The notes below the pieces were generated by a model. That model ran no database searches and was not told the DNA's origin. It saw only the letters and a program-made list of their open reading frames with translations. This document shows, one piece after another, positions 61,651 to 64,000 of a DNA stretch of 64,000 bases. The position numbers and the translations under genes were made by a program. Each line of letters starts with the position of its first letter. The stretch's first letter is position 1. Origin of the DNA: an uncultured delta proteobacterium (GTDB taxonomy: Bacteria; Desulfobacterota; Syntrophia; Syntrophales; UBA2185); NCBI GenBank assembly GCA_963729715.1, contig CAVSPA010000006.1, forward strand, positions 320,001 to 384,000, given 5' to 3'.

Positions 61651-63714
61651 CTAATTCTTATTAACTGAGACAACTTTTACAGGACTCCGCTGCCGGATAA
61701 AATTCAAAATTTCTATAGCAACCTCCTTTGGCCTTTCAAATTGAATGGCATGGCCGCTCGCCAATGAGACCAGTCGGTTCTGATTTTGGCCGGAAAATAG
61801 ATGGCCAATGAACTGCGAAACCTTATTGTTGTCCACAATCCGATCATTTTCTGCCATTATAGCAAGCACTGGGAGGGTGTTCCGCAGTATTGCCAACCAT
61901 GAAAGCTCCTGAACCTCATCCATGATGCTTATCGTTTTTAATGTAATCATGGTTGTTTTAAGATCATCGTTGTCAATAAAGTCAAGCCATTCATCGATCA
62001 GTGTGAAATCGGTTGCTTCCATGGGAATTGGTATGCAGGCATGGTTTCGTTCGGGTTTCAGTTTGAATTCAGAAATCATATCCATAATGATTTTCTCTCC
62101 GATACTCAAAACTGACCTGAATCGCTCGTTCCAGAAGAAGCCAGGAGTTAGCAGGATAAGGCTGGAGAGCATATCTCCGAGTCTCGCTGCGGCAACAGAA
62201 GCGTATTGTGCACCCTGGCACCAGCCTGCAAGATGAACCCTCTTAAAGGACTTATTTAGGAATTCGACGTGCTTGATAACATCTTCAATGACAAGTTGAA
62301 CAGAGCCCAAGTCTCCGCGCTTGTCATTTAACCCGCAACCACGCCGGTCAGGTGCAGCAACTGTTATGTCCGGTGCTATAGAACGCAGTTGAATTGCCAG
62401 CGGCGCCTGCCAGCCAGAATGACTCATGCCCCCGTGTAAAATCAACACCACGTCTTCCCCTTCGGTTTTACCCCAAACGCGGTAATGTATTTTATATTTA
62501 TCAGACGTTTCAAGAAAATGAACTTTGGGTGCGCCGTCGTCAGTGACCATGGGCATACGGCACTGCATTCCAAATCCGATATTCCAGTTTTCAGCCGGTA
62601 TGACCTTAAGTCCCTGAACTGTTTTGAAGTAATACGGAAAGTGCAAATTCAGCAGACCATTGCGGCCGAATCTCAGCATCGGGTCCACCGGCTCCCTCTC
62701 TACCAGATAGTCGCCGAACGCCCCTTCATGAGCAATGAGACTTTCTCCGGCGGCAGATGCGGCTATAAGTGCAGCCCTTGTGAGTAACGATGTTTCGCCC
62801 ACATGGCATCCGATGATGATCGGCCAACCCAGTCTTTTCAGCTCTTCAATCAGCCCTAAAGCTCGTGTAAGACCGCCAACCCGCGATATCTTTATATTCG
62901 CTATGAATTTTCCAGGTAGATCTTTATAGAGAGATAAATCTTCCAAGGTACACAGGCTTTCATCCAAAATAACGGGCAACCCCGTAGCCGTGCTGACCTT
63001 GCTTATGTCACCGGCATTGCGTGATCCTACGGGTTCTTCTATAGCGAAGACCCGTCCATCCAGTGCCCTTATATACGCTATAGCCTCGTCACATTGATCC
63101 TTCCATAAATTATTTGCGTCAAGACGAATACGTATGTCGCTGCTGTTATGCTGAATAGATAAATCTTCAAGAATGGAAATCTTTTCAATATCGCGTTCGA
63201 GGTTATTGCCATTTAACTTAATTTTAAAATCAGAAAATCCTCGAATCAGGTATTTATCCGCCAGCGTGGTATATTTCCATTTTTTATCATCCCCCAGAAC
63301 GGCAGTGTAGCGACCACGGAGTTCAAAGCCATCGAGTCCAAGCAACCCCTCAACACTACAACCTCTCTCCCGGGAAAAAAGATCAAGCAGTGCCATTTCT
63401 ATTGCACACCATGCTGATGGGTACTTATCGATTGCCGTGCTGTTATTTTCGACCCACTGTTTCAGGTCTTCCAGTGTTTCGAAATTCACCTTCCCGGTTG
63501 AAAAATTTTCCTCTACCCATTTGACACTCGACTCGAGATCATCACCGGCCACATAGGTTCTCGGACAACCCTCACCGTATCCCTTGTTTCCATTTCTTTT
63601 TGCCTGGACCCAGACGCTTTCTCCTTCATTTCTGGTTGCCGCGGCGTGACGGATTGTTGTCTTAAATTTTACCCGCAATGCCCTCACTTGTATGTGAATT
63701 GTTTGCGTAGTCAT
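61651..63714 (-). CDS. Fusion: enolase-superfamily (MLE-subgroup) domain + alpha/beta hydrolase with Cys nucleophile
   Basis: GYGE, KIK, DAN, EEP, DES, KISRVGG; then HGG.SH, DRRG.G, GWCQG, D.IV, GH. ATG 63714 has SD GGAG (the ORF track starts at 63741). Confidence 0.82.
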   Translation of the reverse strand: MTTQTIHIQVRALRVKFKTTIRHAAATRNEGESVWVQAKRNGNKGYGEGCPRTYVAGDDLESSVKWVEENFSTGKVNFETLEDLKQWVENNSTAIDKYPSAWCAIEMALLDLFSRERGCSVEGLLGLDGFELRGRYTAVLGDDKKWKYTTLADKYLIRGFSDFKIKLNGNNLERDIEKISILEDLSIQHNSSDIRIRLDANNLWKDQCDEAIAYIRALDGRVFAIEEPVGSRNAGDISKVSTATGLPVILDESLCTLEDLSLYKDLPGKFIANIKISRVGGLTRALGLIEELKRLGWPIIIGCHVGETSLLTRAALIAASAAGESLIAHEGAFGDYLVEREPVDPMLRFGRNGLLNLHFPYYFKTVQGLKVIPAENWNIGFGMQCRMPMVTDDGAPKVHFLETSDKYKIHYRVWGKTEGEDVVLILHGGMSHSGWQAPLAIQLRSIAPDITVAAPDRRGCGLNDKRGDLGSVQLVIEDVIKHVEFLNKSFKRVHLAGWCQGAQYASVAAARLGDMLSSLILLTPGFFWNERFRSVLSIGEKIIMDMISEFKLKPERNHACIPIPMEATDFTLIDEWLDFIDNDDLKTTMITLKTISIMDEVQELSWLAILRNTLPVLAIMAENDRIVDNNKVSQFIGHLFSGQNQNRLVSLASGHAIQFERPKEVAIEILNFIRQRSPVKVVSVNKN

Positions 63715-63786
63715 ACGCTTTTCTCCATTATCCATGGCCATTTTGAAACCTTTATCTGTATCTATGATGAGAATTCCGAGTGGTAA

Positions 63787-64000
63787 TCATATTTTTTTGT
63801 CCAACACTTCCCTTACTTTTTGCGAAAGGGTATTTACACTGTACGGTTTTTGAATGAAGCCATAGCAGCCCTCTTCCATCATCCTTGTTGAACGTGCGTC
63901 TGCGCTGTATCCGCTCGAAAGGATCACCTTGATGCCGGGATCGATGGACTTGAGAGCATTGAATGTTTCCCCCCCATCCATTTCCGGCATGATCATGTCC
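63787..64000 (-). CDS. C-terminal receiver domain of a (hybrid) two-component protein; truncated by window edge
   Basis: DMIMP.MDG, LSSGY, FIQKP, V..VLD. Confidence 0.85.
   Translation of the reverse strand, partial: DMIMPEMDGGETFNALKSIDPGIKVILSSGYSADARSTRMMEEGCYGFIQKPYSVNTLSQKVREVLDKKI

Overview
A gene-dense 64 kb bacterial chromosomal segment. Gene content and protein style suggest an anaerobic deltaproteobacterium (Syntrophales-like); this is inference, not a database result. The dominant feature is a ~23 kb phosphate/polyphosphate island (2910-26097). It holds a kinase-less PhoR sensor-domain paralogue, a PiT transporter, class III PPK2, a DUF202/HEPN-like/degenerate-HisB trio, a HAD + menorin(DUF2181)-like fusion, PIN-PhoH, Ppx, two-domain PPK2 (PAP), PPK1, an HD/metallophosphoesterase/CYTH-CHAD trio and pstSCAB-phoU-phoR. 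Two promoters in it carry four-unit Pho-box-like arrays with identical geometry, but no phoB is in the window. The rest is mostly housekeeping and metabolism: groES-groEL, ileS-lspA-trkH-trkA, an acyl-CoA oxidation operon, a KimA-like transporter, a Liv-type ABC transporter with paaK, tatD-thiN-thiD-CCA enzyme, NlpC/P60, rfbB, an O-methyltransferase, and an unusual enolase-superfamily/Cys-nucleophile hydrolase fusion. No rRNA, tRNA, CRISPR array, transposase or prophage was seen. All family calls come from motif recognition by eye.
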